From Actinomycetota bacterium (lineage in GTDB: Bacteria; Actinomycetota; Humimicrobiia; Humimicrobiales; Humimicrobiaceae): a DNA stretch of 26,583 bases. The translations under genes and the position numbers were made by a program. The notes below the pieces were generated by a model that made no database searches, was not told the origin of the DNA, and was given only the letters and a program-made list of their open reading frames with translations. Of this stretch, positions 25,388 to 26,583 are shown piece after piece. The stretch covers positions 1-26,583 of the forward strand of contig PWYO01000332.1 of NCBI GenBank assembly GCA_003567835.1. Reading direction: 5' to 3'. The stretch's first letter is position 1, and each line of letters opens with the position of its first letter.

Positions 25388-26380
25388 ATGAGAAAAATTA
25401 CGTACCTGGAAGCCTTAAGGGAAGCCATGCAGCAGATGATGAGAGAAGATGAAGATGTGTTCTTGCTGGGTGAAGATATTGCCGAATACGGTGGCGCATT
25501 TGGGGTTACAGTAGGGATGTTAGAAGAATTTGGAAAAGAGAGAATCAGAAACACCCCCATTTCGGAAGCAGCAATTGTAGGTGTGGGCATAGGAAGCGCA
25601 GTCACGGGTATGCGGCCTATTGCAGAAATCATGTTTTCTGATTTTTTAACCATTGCTATGGACCAAATCGCCAACCAGGCGGCAAAGATCCGGTATCAGT
25701 TCGGGGGCAAAGCAAAAGTACCATTGGTGGTAAGAACGCCCGGCGGAGGAGGCACCGGTGCAGCCAGCCAGCATTCACAAAGCCTGGAAGGGCTGGTAGC
25801 CCATATCCCGGGGTTGAAGGTGGTTATGCCTTCCTGCCCTTATGATGCAAAAGGGTTGCTGATATCTGCTGTGTATGATGGAAATCCGGTTATTTTCATC
25901 GAACATAAACTGCTTTATAAAAATAAAAAATATGTACAAGACGTACCCGAAAAAGCATACAAAGTCCCTATAGGAAAAGCAGATATTAAAAGGAAAGGAA
26001 AAGATATAACCCTGGTAGCCAGCTCTTTTATGGTCCAGCGGTCTCTGTCGGTAGCAGAAATGCTCTATGAGGAACAGGGAACAGATATTGAAGTGGTGGA
26101 TCTGCGAACCTTAAGACCTCTGGATATCAGCCTTATCCTGGAGTCGGTAAAAAAAACGGGCAGGCTTCTTTGCGTTGAGGAAGCACCCATATTTGGTGGT
26201 TTTATGGGAGAAGTAGCTGCCCAGGTTACTGAAAAAGCCTTTGACTGGCTGGATGCGCCTCCCCACAGGGTTGCTGGCAGAAATTGTCCTGTTCCTTATT
26301 CATTGGTTCTAGAACAGGAAATGATTCCCAGTGAAGAAAGGATCAAGAAAGGTGTGGAAGATATACTCACTGCTGTTTAA
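25388..26380 (+). CDS. acoB: Acetoin/2-oxoacid dehydrogenase E1 beta subunit
   Basis: LLGEDIA..GG.F.VT, NTPISE, IAEIMFSDF, QHSQSLE, EHKLLY, DLRTL.PLD, DWLDAP..RV. Confidence 0.93.
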   Translation: MRKITYLEALREAMQQMMREDEDVFLLGEDIAEYGGAFGVTVGMLEEFGKERIRNTPISEAAIVGVGIGSAVTGMRPIAEIMFSDFLTIAMDQIANQAAKIRYQFGGKAKVPLVVRTPGGGGTGAASQHSQSLEGLVAHIPGLKVVMPSCPYDAKGLLISAVYDGNPVIFIEHKLLYKNKKYVQDVPEKAYKVPIGKADIKRKGKDITLVASSFMVQRSLSVAEMLYEEQGTDIEVVDLRTLRPLDISLILESVKKTGRLLCVEEAPIFGGFMGEVAAQVTEKAFDWLDAPPHRVAGRNCPVPYSLVLEQEMIPSEERIKKGVEDILTAV

Positions 26381-26481
26381 CAAATATTGCAAGGCTGCAA
26401 CATTTATCTTGTTAAATAAGATACTTTAATATACTATAATTACTAAAATAAGTTTGACAGACATCATTCTAGGAGGAAAGC

Positions 26482-26583
26482 ATGCATGAAGTGATAATGC
26501 CCAAGCTGGGGCTTACCATGGAAACTGGGGTTATAGAGAAATGGCATAAAAAAGAAGGAGAACCAGTAGAATCGGGAGATGTC
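26482..26583 (+). CDS. acoC: Dihydrolipoamide acyltransferase (E2), N-terminal lipoyl domain, truncated by window edge
   Basis: AGGAGG RBS; hand translation MHEVIMPKLGLTMETGVIEKWHKKEGEPVESGDV matches a lipoyl-domain start. Confidence 0.9.
   Translation, partial: MHEVIMPKLGLTMETGVIEKWHKKEGEPVESGDV

Overview
Gene-dense, moderately AT-rich bacterial chromosome segment with no phage, integrase, transposase or CRISPR signal. From left to right: (1) a partial iron-containing alcohol dehydrogenase, divergent from a three-gene run of steroid 5-alpha-reductase (SRD5A-like), MenA/UbiA-family prenyltransferase and radical SAM/SPASM enzyme; (2) an ArsR regulator plus DsrE2-like protein, divergent across a perfect 28-bp palindrome from an atypical CDF transporter and a P1B-type ATPase; (3) a tight minus-strand run of FAH-family, LysE, glutaredoxin and cupin genes; (4) an origin-type cluster of FmdB zinc ribbon, recF, dciA (DUF721), gyrB, gyrA, DUF4870, DUF3566-like, tRNA-Ile and two tRNA-Ala, with no dnaA or dnaN next to recF; (5) a PfkB kinase, an unknown membrane-anchored protein, an orphan and degenerate GatC-type PTS IIC, a GNAT and DUF3786; (6) about 1.4 kb with no convincing gene, then an acetoin/2-oxoacid dehydrogenase operon (E1 alpha, E1 beta, start of E2). 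The gyrA-DUF3566-tRNA-Ile-tRNA-Ala order suggests a low-GC, probably anaerobic Actinomycetota lineage (inference). The best candidate for an undescribed system is the SRD5A/prenyltransferase/radical SAM trio. Next are the CDF with an ND-ND transport site and three cytosolic domains, the degenerate orphan GatC, and the unexplained non-coding stretches. All family assignments come from motifs read by eye; no searches were run.
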